Assembly (NCBI GenBank): GCA_963693115.1
Contig: OY843750.1
Location: forward strand, 1,148,680-1,212,679
Direction of reading: 5' to 3'
Length of the DNA: 64,000 nucleotides
Source: Spirochaetia bacterium
GTDB lineage: Bacteria > Spirochaetota > Spirochaetia > WTKD01 > G963693115
The notes beneath the pieces are model-generated. The model did no database searches and was not told the origin of the DNA. It worked only from the letters and a program-made list of their open reading frames with translations. The translations under genes were made by a program, and so were the position numbers. This document shows, in pieces, positions 55,886 to 64,000 of this stretch (positions within the stretch are counted from its first letter, which is position 1; every line of letters starts with the position of its first letter).

Positions 55886-56189
55886 CAAAGCAGAAAAGAA
55901 AAAACAAGAATTTAATATAAGATAGTAACTATTGTAAACCCATCGCTGTTTGTAGTTGTAGGGTTATAGTAGTAAGGTCTATAGAGTTGTATTATGTATG
56001 CCATGTGCTACGGTACGTATATGACATTCTTGTTTATCTAGTAGTACTGGTGTTATACTGGTCTTGCATTCTGCTGTCTTATATATTGCTATTCTTTATA
56101 TCTACTAGTTCTGGATTTCTAAAGAGCATATATAATAACCAATAAACATATATTCTCGATATAATACGAGAAAGTTATAAGGAAAAAAA

Positions 56190-57263
56190 ATGAACAAAAG
56201 AAAACTATTTATATTTGTGCTGTATCTGATTACAGCATCTACATTAACCACACTTTGGTCGCTTGGCTCGTCCGATAGTCAAAATGATGAATCCGAAGTA
56301 CAATTGCTTCATGTTTCGTTTGATATAGCAAGAGAAATAGGTCGAAGGCTAAACGAGGGCTTTATTCCGTGGTATAAAGAACAGACAGGAGTGAGCGTTG
56401 CGATAGAACAGTCAAACGCTGGATCTAGTCGTCAAGCACGAGCTGTGTCAGAGGGCCTGCCTGCTGATGTTGTAAGCATGAACCAGTATCTCGACATAGA
56501 TCTAATTTATAATGAGACTGCTACCAAGCCCGAAGGCGCACTTATTCCGCGTGATTGGCAAAGTCTGTATCCAAACCAATCAAGCCCTGCGAGTTCTACC
56601 ATGGCCTTTGTTGTACGAAAAGGAAACCCAAAACAAATACGAGATTGGGACGACCTCATACGTGACGATGTAGCAGTCATTGCACCAAACTACCGTAGTA
56701 CTGGCAACGGGCGCTATAGTCTTTTGACTGCATATTCTTATGGACTCAATAAATACGGATCATCTCCCGAAGATGCGTATCGTTTTGTTAGTGCTCTTAT
56801 TGATAATACTGGCATACTTGCGACAGGTGGGCGGGATGCAACCAATATCTTTGTAGAGCGAGGGCAGGGGGATGTTTTGCTCACGTTTGAAGCAGAAGTC
56901 AATCTCATAGTACAAGATCTAGGTCCCGACTCATTTGAGGTTGTCGTGCCAAGCTACGGCGTTGATGCCAAAATATACGTCGTCGTGGTAGAAAAAAATG
57001 CCAAAGAAAAAGGAGAGGCACAGTATCAAGCTGCAAAAGCCTATTGGGATTTTATCTACACTGACCAAGGGCAAGAAATCGTAGCGCAGAGTTTCTTTCG
57101 TCCAATACAAAAAGATATTGCTGCACGTTATCAGAATGCACTGCCAAATATAGAGCTGTTCACGGTAGAAGATGTATACGGTGATTGGGGACGAGTGCGC
57201 GATCTCTTGTTTGATGATGATGGCGTAGTTGAGTCAATCTACCAAGAACTAGGAAAGCAGTAG
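56190..57263 (+). CDS. cysP: Sulfate/thiosulfate-binding periplasmic protein (Sbp/CysP)
   Basis: It aligns along its length with E. coli Sbp as I remember it (LLHVSFD...QSNAGSSRQARAV...FVVRKGNPKQIRDWDDLIR...TNIFVERGQGDVLLTFE...GQEIVAQSFFRP). It has a signal peptide. Confidence 0.88.
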   Translation: MNKRKLFIFVLYLITASTLTTLWSLGSSDSQNDESEVQLLHVSFDIAREIGRRLNEGFIPWYKEQTGVSVAIEQSNAGSSRQARAVSEGLPADVVSMNQYLDIDLIYNETATKPEGALIPRDWQSLYPNQSSPASSTMAFVVRKGNPKQIRDWDDLIRDDVAVIAPNYRSTGNGRYSLLTAYSYGLNKYGSSPEDAYRFVSALIDNTGILATGGRDATNIFVERGQGDVLLTFEAEVNLIVQDLGPDSFEVVVPSYGVDAKIYVVVVEKNAKEKGEAQYQAAKAYWDFIYTDQGQEIVAQSFFRPIQKDIAARYQNALPNIELFTVEDVYGDWGRVRDLLFDDDGVVESIYQELGKQ

Positions 57264-57274
57264 CCTTCGATCAT

Positions 57275-58114
57275 ATGCAGACCTTAAGACATACACGAGG
57301 AATTCCTGGATTTTCTATTAGTCTGGGAATCACGATGGGGTGGTTAGGTTTTATTTTTATTATTCCTGTTGTAGCGCTCGTCTTGAGAGCTACAAGTTTG
57401 GGAAGCGAGACCTTGCTCTCTATAATAACGAGACCAGCTGCCCTGTATTCGCTCAAAATCACGATGGGATACGCCTGTGCCGCCGCTATTTGTAGTACGA
57501 TAATTGGTACATGTATAGCGTGGTCGTTTACACGGTATCGATTTCCTTTTTCGAGATTTTTTGATGCTCTTATTGACCTTCCATTTGCCCTTCCCGGGGC
57601 AGTGGGGGGCATTGCGCTCGCTTCTGTATTTGGAAGCAATGGATGGATAGGAAAACAGTTTGACGCAGTGGGGATACAGCTTATTTATAATCAATTTGGA
57701 ATTTTTATTGGTCTTTTGTTTGTAATGTTGCCTTTTGCAGTTCGTTCTGTACAGGCACTCATACAAGAGCTAGATGAACGGGAGATTCAAGCTGCACGCC
57801 TTTTAGGGGCAAGCAATGTACAAATTTTCTTTCGGATACTATTTCCACAGCTTGTACCGGGTATATATAGTGGCTTTATTACTTCTTTTGCACGGGGAAT
57901 AGGCGAATACGGCACGGTCATTTTTGTGGCAGGTAATATTCCTTATCAAAGCGAAGTGCTGTCGCGGTATATTTACAATAAGATAGATCAGTATGATGTG
58001 ACGGGTGCCACGGTAGTTGCCGCAGCGCTTTTGCTTATATCGTTTGCCTTGCTAAGCTTGCTTAATATTAGTAAGCGATACGTATATGGAGGAGCGCATG
58101 AGTCATACCGTTAA
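57275..58114 (+). CDS. cysT: Sulfate ABC transporter permease CysT
   Basis: Six-TM permease with an EAA-like loop (ELDEREIQAARLLGASNVQIFFRILFP). It follows cysP. Confidence 0.85.
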   Translation: MQTLRHTRGIPGFSISLGITMGWLGFIFIIPVVALVLRATSLGSETLLSIITRPAALYSLKITMGYACAAAICSTIIGTCIAWSFTRYRFPFSRFFDALIDLPFALPGAVGGIALASVFGSNGWIGKQFDAVGIQLIYNQFGIFIGLLFVMLPFAVRSVQALIQELDEREIQAARLLGASNVQIFFRILFPQLVPGIYSGFITSFARGIGEYGTVIFVAGNIPYQSEVLSRYIYNKIDQYDVTGATVVAAALLLISFALLSLLNISKRYVYGGAHESYR

Positions 58115-59015
58115 AATACGTACAATACGGCATTCTTTGGGTTTGCTAGCAAAAAAGATCATCAGCAATCGAACCATACTTATTGTCATAAGTATATGTT
58201 TTCTGTTATTATTGCTCGTAATACCACTTTCTTCGATAGTCGTACTGGGCTTATCTAAAGGATTAGACACCTTTTTGGGTCATATAAACAGTCCTAGTAC
58301 TCAATTTTCGATTGGTCTCACTGTCCTCGTGTCGCTTGCATCGGTTATCGCGTCTACCTTATTTGGTGTGTTTGCGGCGTGGTGTATAGTACACTTTCGT
58401 TTTTGGGGAAGACGTATGCTCCAAAGCATCATAGAGCTACCCATTACTATTTCACCTATTATCGTGGGATTTATGTTTACCTTGCTATACGGAAAATATG
58501 GGTATCTTGGAAATATTATCGAGAACACCGGCATTACTATTATTTTTTCGTGGCCAGGGCTTGTCTTAACAAATATGGCAATTACCCTCCCGTATGTAGC
58601 GCGTACCTTGATTCCTGCTATGGAATCACTTGGGGCCGATCAAGAACGTACAGCACGATTGTTAGGAGCAAATGGTGTACAAATATTTTTTCGCATTACC
58701 TTACCACGAATTAAGTGGGCTCTGCTCTATGGCATTATTCTTGCGATGGCACGAGGTGTAGGCGAATACGGGGCAGCAGCCGTAGTGTCAGGGCTGGTTC
58801 GAAACAAAACTGTTACGCTTCCATTGCAGGTCGACATTTATTATAGCGAATATCAGAGCGTGGCTGCGTTTGCCTGCGCAACATTGTTTCTCTTTGTGTC
58901 GTTCATTACTATTGTGAGTAAGAAGCTAATAGACATTCAGAATAGCCCCGCTAAAAGAATTTCCAAAAAAATAGTAGGAAGGATAGATGAAAGTAGAATT
59001 ACAACATATACATAA
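58086..59015 (+). CDS. cysW: Sulfate ABC transporter permease CysW
   Basis: Permease paralog with the loop [27 protein letters not shown]. It overlaps both neighbours. ATG 58098 is an alternative start. Confidence 0.85.
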   Translation: MEERMSHTVKIRTIRHSLGLLAKKIISNRTILIVISICFLLLLLVIPLSSIVVLGLSKGLDTFLGHINSPSTQFSIGLTVLVSLASVIASTLFGVFAAWCIVHFRFWGRRMLQSIIELPITISPIIVGFMFTLLYGKYGYLGNIIENTGITIIFSWPGLVLTNMAITLPYVARTLIPAMESLGADQERTARLLGANGVQIFFRITLPRIKWALLYGIILAMARGVGEYGAAAVVSGLVRNKTVTLPLQVDIYYSEYQSVAAFACATLFLFVSFITIVSKKLIDIQNSPAKRISKKIVGRIDESRITTYT

Positions 59016-60063
59016 AAAATATGGAGCGTATAGTGCACTCACCGATATATCGTTTGAGGTGCCAGAAGGAACGCTCTTGTCATTACTCGGTCCTTCGGGC
59101 TGTGGCAAAACGACATTACTAAGAATTATATCGGGCTTAGAAACGCCCGATGCTGGTAACGTGTTTTTAGACGGTAAGGATATCACGAATATTGGAGACA
59201 GATCAAAGGTTGGGTTTGTATTTCAGCATTATGCATTGTTTCAGCATATGCGCATATTTGATAACGTCGCTTTTGGACTGCAAGTGAAGCCAGCGCATAT
59301 TCGCCCGAGCAAAAAGGAGATTGAAGAACGTGTTCATGAGGTGTTGGCACTCGTTCAACTTGATAATCAAAGTAAAAAGTATCCGTCTCAGCTTTCTGGT
59401 GGACAGCAACAAAGGGTAGCGCTTGCGAGGGTGCTTGCAATACAGCCACGAGTTTTACTCTTGGACGAACCTTTTGGTGCTTTGGATGCCAATGTGCGAC
59501 GTAGTCTCAGAAGATGGCTCAGAGACTTGCATGAACGGATTCAGATAACGACTATATTGGTGACTCACGATCAAGAAGAAGCGCTTGAAATATCAGATAA
59601 TGTTGTCCTCCTTAACCAGGGAGTGCTTGAACAGATAGGGAGTCCACAACAGGTATACGAGCAGCCCAGCAATCATTTTGTTTACGAATTTCTCGGTCAG
59701 GTTAATATATTCAACCCGCGATTTCATAATGACCACCTTGTGCACTATACACCCGATGGTAAAGAATCTCCGATCGCACATAAAGGGCACTTTTACGTGA
59801 GACCTCATGACATAGAGATAGTATTGCTTGATTCCAAAAAAAAGAAGGCGCAGGGAGTGATCATTCGAACAAGTTTTGTTGCAGAAAAAGTTCTCTTGCA
59901 AATACGCTTGGATGAATCAAGTCCTTTTGTTGCACGCTCCAGTGATAAAAAATCGTCAAAGCCTGATGGACAGGAAAATCTTGTAGAAGCAAGCATAGGA
60001 CTGCGTCAATGGAGAACTTACAACTATGCAGTGGGGGATAAAGTTGGGCTCAGCTTTTCGTAG
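58987..60063 (+). CDS. cysA: Sulfate ABC transporter ATP-binding protein CysA
   Basis: Walker [10 protein letters not shown], signature [13 protein letters not shown], Walker B LLLDEP, and a C-terminal regulatory (TOBE-like) domain. Confidence 0.88.
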   Translation: MKVELQHIHKKYGAYSALTDISFEVPEGTLLSLLGPSGCGKTTLLRIISGLETPDAGNVFLDGKDITNIGDRSKVGFVFQHYALFQHMRIFDNVAFGLQVKPAHIRPSKKEIEERVHEVLALVQLDNQSKKYPSQLSGGQQQRVALARVLAIQPRVLLLDEPFGALDANVRRSLRRWLRDLHERIQITTILVTHDQEEALEISDNVVLLNQGVLEQIGSPQQVYEQPSNHFVYEFLGQVNIFNPRFHNDHLVHYTPDGKESPIAHKGHFYVRPHDIEIVLLDSKKKKAQGVIIRTSFVAEKVLLQIRLDESSPFVARSSDKKSSKPDGQENLVEASIGLRQWRTYNYAVGDKVGLSFS

Positions 60064-60111
60064 TTAGTACATAGGGGGCGTGTTTTTCTCTGGTTATTTC
60101 TGCTTTTTTCT

Positions 60112-60185
60112 GGGGCTATTGCGGGGCTATTGCGGGCGCTTGGGCTATCTCTGATCTATTTTTGGTCTATCTTTGGTCTATCTTT
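60112..60185. repeat. Short tandem repeats in the cysA/peptide-ABC convergent gap
   Basis: ggggctattgc occurs twice (60112-60133), followed by the 11-bp unit ggtctatcttt twice (60164-60185) with a degenerate preceding copy. Confidence 0.85.
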
Positions 60186-60194
60186 GGTGCCTGC

Positions 60195-61181
60195 TTAATT
60201 ATAGAGGTGACACGCGCCGTAGTGGTTGGGGCGTATTTCTCTGAGCCTAGGAATCCGTGTTTTGCATATATCCATGGCCACAGGACATCGCGGATGAAAA
60301 GGACATCCCGAAGGTGGGTGTATTGCAGAAGGGACATCTCCTCGTATGGTGGGCTTGTTTCGTGCGATATGTGGGTCAGGTAGTAGATGAGATGTGAAGA
60401 GAGCTTTGCTGTACGGATGAAGTTTATGGGTTTTGAGTTCATCGGCAGGCGCACTTTCTATGATTTTTCCTAAGTACATAACGATGATTCTATCCGCAAT
60501 AAATTCTACAACGCTAAGGTCGTGTGATATAAATATATACGAGAGACCACGTTGCTCCTGTAAGTCAAGGAGTAGGTTTAGTATTTGTGCCTGAATCGAA
60601 ACATCAAGCGCAGAAACTGATTCATCACATATAATAAGTTGTGGTTGTACGCTAAGCGCTCGTGCAATACATACGCGTTGTCTTTGCCCTCCCGAAAGCT
60701 GGTGTGGAAACCTGTTTACAAAAATCTCGCTGAGCCCCACTTCTTTTAGTAGCTGAGCAACTATCTTGTTATGTTGTGCACGAGGGGCGATGGCATGTGT
60801 CTGGAGTCCTTGTTTTATAGAATCTCCAATAGTTCGACGTGGATTGAGCGAAGAATAAGGATCTTGAAATATCATTTGTACGTGTTTTCTGTACTGTTTG
60901 AGTTGTTTTCCTTTAAATTCTGAGATCTCTTCTCCATTAAATAAAATAGTGCCACCCGTTTTTTGTTCTAGGCGTATGAGGGTACGAGCAAGCGTTGATT
61001 TTCCACATCCCGATTCGCCTACTATGCCCACGATTTCGCCCTTATTGACACTGAACGATATATCATCAACTGCTTTAAGGAGGGATTTTTTTCCTCTTAT
61101 GGTTTGAGAAGGAAGGGTATAATGAGTTTTAAGCGCTTGTACCTTGAGCAGAGAAGGAGGTGTCGCTGTATTTTTGTTCAT
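60195..61181 (-). CDS. Oligopeptide/dipeptide ABC transporter ATP-binding protein (OppF/DppF type)
   Basis: Walker A GESGCGKST, LSGGQRQRVCIARAL, and the C-terminal Cys-rich oligopeptide-type tail CPFHPRCPVAMDIC. Confidence 0.88.
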   Translation of the reverse strand: MNKNTATPPSLLKVQALKTHYTLPSQTIRGKKSLLKAVDDISFSVNKGEIVGIVGESGCGKSTLARTLIRLEQKTGGTILFNGEEISEFKGKQLKQYRKHVQMIFQDPYSSLNPRRTIGDSIKQGLQTHAIAPRAQHNKIVAQLLKEVGLSEIFVNRFPHQLSGGQRQRVCIARALSVQPQLIICDESVSALDVSIQAQILNLLLDLQEQRGLSYIFISHDLSVVEFIADRIIVMYLGKIIESAPADELKTHKLHPYSKALFTSHLLPDPHIARNKPTIRGDVPSAIHPPSGCPFHPRCPVAMDICKTRIPRLREIRPNHYGACHLYN

Positions 61182-62473
61182 GTAGGACCTTTTTTGAGAA
61201 TCTGCTGGTTTTTGATATGGTCTTTTATTTTGTTTTGAGTTGGCTTCTTGTTTTGAGTTTGGTTTTTTACCCTGCTTGGGGGTGGAGAGGGGGGCTTGGG
61301 GTCTAGGGAGTGTAGTGTTGTGATTGAGTGACAGTAACTTGTGTGATGAGAATTAAGGCGGGTGCCCTGTGGAAATTCTACTGCACATATATCTTTGCTG
61401 ATAGTGCAGCGATTTTTAAAGGGACAGCCACGCTCGGTATGTCGCAAATCGGGTACGGTACCAGGCATGGCGTATAGTCGTTTGGAACTGCTATGGTGAA
61501 AATAAGGCATTGACTGAAGTAGTCCCCGAGTGTATGGATGTGAGGGATTGTCAAAAACAGAAGCTGTTTCGCCTTCTTCTACTTTTCTTCCTGCGTAGAG
61601 TACAACAACTCTATCGGCAGTTTGTGCGACGACTCCCATATCGTGGGTAATGAGTAAAAGAGAGAGTGAATGGCTTTGTTTGAGTTCGTATAATATATCG
61701 AGTATTTGTGCCTGAATGGTTACGTCCAACGCGGTGGTTGGTTCGTCTGCAATGATGAGTTTAAGCGATGGATTTGATAGGGCAATTGCTATCATAACAC
61801 GCTGTTGCATACCACCTGATAGTTGAAAAGGATAACTCTTCATGTTTTTTTCAGGGTTCGGGATTCTGACCTGCTTGAGTAGGGCAAGCGCACGGGTATG
61901 TGCATTTTGTTTTGGTATGTCTTGATGGCTACGAATAGCATCAATAATTTGTCGTTCAATTTTTATTGTGGGATTTAGGCTCGACATGGGTTCTTGAAAT
62001 ATCATCGATATTTGAGCATTTCGTATGGTGCGCATCTGAGAGTCGCTAAACGTGAGTAGATCTTGTCCCTCAAAAAATATCTTTCCCTTTGGTATTGTGG
62101 CAGGCGGGCTTGGGAGCAAGCCCATAATGCTGTGGGCAGTGATAGATTTTCCACAGCCAGACTCACCGACCATTGCTAGAGTCTCGCCTTCTTGTATTGT
62201 TATATTGAGATTTTTTATTGCCTTTATCACGCCATTATGGGTATGAAACTCTATACAGAGATCGCGCATGTCGAGCAAGGGTTTTTTATTTTTCAGATTA
62301 GTGGTATTGTTCCATTTTCTTGTGTGGGTTTTTGCTTGTTTTTTGGGCTGAGCTGTGGCCTTGTCTGTAGTTTGGTTTGTGGTCTGGTTTGTAGGCTGGT
62401 GGTTTGTGGTCTGGTTTTTGTTTAGCATTTTTTTCGTTTTCTTGCTACTGTCTGTACTACGCTCTGTTGTCAT
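61178..62473 (-). CDS. Oligopeptide/dipeptide ABC transporter ATP-binding protein (OppD/DppD type) with low-complexity N- and C-terminal extensions
   Basis: GESGCGKS, LSGGMQQRVMIAIAL, and CPFKNRCTISKDIC. The conserved body starts near MRDLCIEF (alternative start ATG 62269). The first 68 codons are T/N/Q/K-rich repeats. Confidence 0.85.
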   Translation of the reverse strand: MTTERSTDSSKKTKKMLNKNQTTNHQPTNQTTNQTTDKATAQPKKQAKTHTRKWNNTTNLKNKKPLLDMRDLCIEFHTHNGVIKAIKNLNITIQEGETLAMVGESGCGKSITAHSIMGLLPSPPATIPKGKIFFEGQDLLTFSDSQMRTIRNAQISMIFQEPMSSLNPTIKIERQIIDAIRSHQDIPKQNAHTRALALLKQVRIPNPEKNMKSYPFQLSGGMQQRVMIAIALSNPSLKLIIADEPTTALDVTIQAQILDILYELKQSHSLSLLLITHDMGVVAQTADRVVVLYAGRKVEEGETASVFDNPSHPYTRGLLQSMPYFHHSSSKRLYAMPGTVPDLRHTERGCPFKNRCTISKDICAVEFPQGTRLNSHHTSYCHSITTLHSLDPKPPSPPPSRVKNQTQNKKPTQNKIKDHIKNQQILKKGPT

Positions 62474-62629
62474 TTTGCTACCGTAATCGATACCATTTTT
62501 GCAAGTAGTTGCTAGCCACGTGCTTTTTTGGGAGGTGTTTTGGCAAGGTCTGGGTAAAAGATGGATATCTATATTGGTGGCGTGTGGGTATTATTATCCC
62601 AGAAGAAATGGTCATAATTGTACGTACCA

Positions 62630-63544
62630 TCATAGCCTCAATTTAGGATCAAGCATATCACGAAGGCCATCTCCTAGTATATTAAATCCGAGTACTGTTA
62701 TAAGTATGCAAATGCCCGGCATAGTAATAACCCACCATGCACTAGTGATAAATTCTCTTCCTGTTGCAATCATGAGTCCCCATTCGGGCGTTGGTGGCTG
62801 AGCACCCAATCCTAAAAATGATAAGGCGGCAGAGCTGAGTATTGCATCTCCAATACCCAATGTTAGCCGCACAATCACTGGCGAAAGACAATGAGGCAAC
62901 ACAGATCTCCCCATAAGCACAAGGTGTGACACGCCGAGTGCGCGTTCTGCCTTTACAAAATCCCGCTCTTTTGTTTCTAAAACGGCTACTCTGACTATCC
63001 GTGCATAAGACGGAATTTGAGCTATGCCTATCGCTATCATTGCGTTTATGATGGATCTTCCTAAAAACGTTACAACGACAATAGTGAGCAAGATATAAGG
63101 AAAAGCTAACATAATGTCTATAAGGCGCATGAGAATTTTATCAAGCCATCCGCCACAATAGCCAGCAATCAATCCAATCAAACCACCAAGCAAAAGACCA
63201 ATGCTCACAGATATGAGGCCTACTTGTAGGGATACACGAGCGCCGTAAACTATACGCGAAAAAATATCTCTCCCAAGTTCGTCGCTACCTAGTAAGAATC
63301 CTTCGGTGAGGGGCTGGCTTGTCTTAAGTTGGATATTTTGTACTATGGGATCGTGACTTGCTAGTAGTGGTGCAAAAATCGCAATGATTGTCAGGCTTAA
63401 GACGATACTTGCTCCTATCATCGATGAGCGATTTTGTATAAAGCGATGAAAAAAAGGCTGGCTTTGTAGGTCTTCTTGACCCTTTTTGTCTATATTCACT
63501 ATGGTCTTGTCATATGGGGTCTTGTCATATGGGGTCTTTGTCAT
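62630..63544 (-). CDS. Oligopeptide/dipeptide ABC transporter permease (OppC/DppC type)
   Basis: Permease with an EAA-like loop (ERDFVKAERALGVSHLVLMGRSVLP). ATG 63544 overlaps the upstream permease stop (ATGA). The track start at 63580 is the alternative. Confidence 0.85.
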   Translation of the reverse strand: MTKTPYDKTPYDKTIVNIDKKGQEDLQSQPFFHRFIQNRSSMIGASIVLSLTIIAIFAPLLASHDPIVQNIQLKTSQPLTEGFLLGSDELGRDIFSRIVYGARVSLQVGLISVSIGLLLGGLIGLIAGYCGGWLDKILMRLIDIMLAFPYILLTIVVVTFLGRSIINAMIAIGIAQIPSYARIVRVAVLETKERDFVKAERALGVSHLVLMGRSVLPHCLSPVIVRLTLGIGDAILSSAALSFLGLGAQPPTPEWGLMIATGREFITSAWWVITMPGICILITVLGFNILGDGLRDMLDPKLRL

Positions 63545-63547
63545 GTG
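63503..63547. repeat. 15-bp tandem repeat at the 5' end of the OppC-type gene
   Basis: ggtcttgtcatatgg occurs twice, plus a degenerate third copy. On the minus strand it encodes M-TKTPYD-KTPYD-KT. Confidence 0.9.
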
Positions 63548-64000
63548 AGCCGTACTTTGGGGTTGATGATTGAATAACACACATCTACGAGTATGTTGAT
63601 GAGTATAAACATGAGCGCAATTATGAGTATACCACCCTGTATTGCGGGGTAGTCACGTGCTTCTATAGAATGATAAATCCAACGACCAATACCAGGCCAT
63701 GCAAAGATAGTTTCTGTAAGAACAGCACCTGCCATCAGAGTGCCGAGTTGTAAGCCTATGACCGTGACGATAGGCAAAAGAGCATTCTTTAATGCATAGC
63801 GAAAGGTTATAGTGAGCGGGTGCAAGCCACTCGCACGAGCAGTACGAATATAGTCTTGTCCGAGTACTTCGAGCATACTACTACGAGTTGTGCGGGCAAT
63901 CATCGAAGCAGGAATAGTAGCAAGTGCTATAGAGGGCAATACAATATGTCGTAAGGCCGAAACAAAATATTCGTATTCTCCTGTAGTAAGCAGATGCCAA
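63541..64000 (-). CDS. Oligopeptide/dipeptide ABC transporter permease (OppB/DppB type), 5' part outside the window
   Basis: The minus-strand frame stays open to base 64000 (...WHLLTTGEYEYFVSALRHIVLPSIALATIPAS...). The EAA loop is QDYIRTARASGLHPLTITFRYALKNALLP. Confidence 0.85.
   Translation of the reverse strand, partial: WHLLTTGEYEYFVSALRHIVLPSIALATIPASMIARTTRSSMLEVLGQDYIRTARASGLHPLTITFRYALKNALLPIVTVIGLQLGTLMAGAVLTETIFAWPGIGRWIYHSIEARDYPAIQGGILIIALMFILINILVDVCYSIINPKVRLT

Noticed and set aside
1-64000. Looked for IS elements, integrases, phage genes, toxin-antitoxin pairs, restriction-modification or other defence genes, rRNA and tRNA.
   Set aside because: I recognised no transposase, integrase or nuclease motifs, inverted terminal repeats or RNA-gene signatures by eye. 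A proper scan (tRNAscan-SE, Infernal/Rfam, ISfinder, DefenseFinder) is still needed to exclude them.

Overview
This is an AT-rich chromosomal segment that reads as a spirochaete. The taxon is an inference from three things: a FlaB-type core flagellin, a fliW-csrA pair, and gene order that I recall from Treponema/Borrelia. No search was run.

Layout:
(1) 1-11.1 kb: flagellar export and regulation operon, fliP (5' partial)-fliQ-fliR-flhB-flhA-flhF-flhG-orf-fliA-DUF342-like, then two small ORFs.
(2) 11.1-21.5 kb: a Maf/DUF115-type protein translationally coupled to a class B PBP, a LysM-M23 peptidase, secA, a lipoprotein and nnr.
(3) 22.3-32.6 kb: late flagellar genes (flgN-like)-flgK-flgL-fliW-csrA, the convergent fliD-orf273-orf319, an AT-rich DUF2200 islet, and flaB with a near-consensus sigma-28 promoter and a clean terminator.
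(4) 32.8-48 kb: zapA, rpmI-rplT, rpsF-ssb-rpsR-orf-rplI-dnaB, and rseP-cdsA-uppS-frr-tsf-rpsB.
(5) 48-55.5 kb: accessory region with maf, one decayed and two intact BspA/DUF285 leucine-rich-repeat lipoprotein genes.
(6) 55.6-60.1 kb: a strongly signalled small ORF ending in a run of 11 Cys codons, directly upstream of the sulfate ABC importer cysPTWA.
(7) 60.2-64 kb: a peptide ABC transporter, truncated at the window end.

I recognised no rRNA, tRNA, CRISPR array, IS element or prophage by eye.

Best candidates for something new:
- The Cys-codon-run ORF in front of the sulfate importer, as a possible cysteine-sensing leader peptide or a Cys-rich peptide product.
- The recombining DUF285 lipoprotein family, with a shared palindromic upstream element and a 501-bp in-frame tandem duplication.
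- Very long low-complexity extensions on ribosomal proteins S18 and L9.
- Two unrecognised genes translationally coupled to fliD.

All functional calls rest on motif recognition and gene order.
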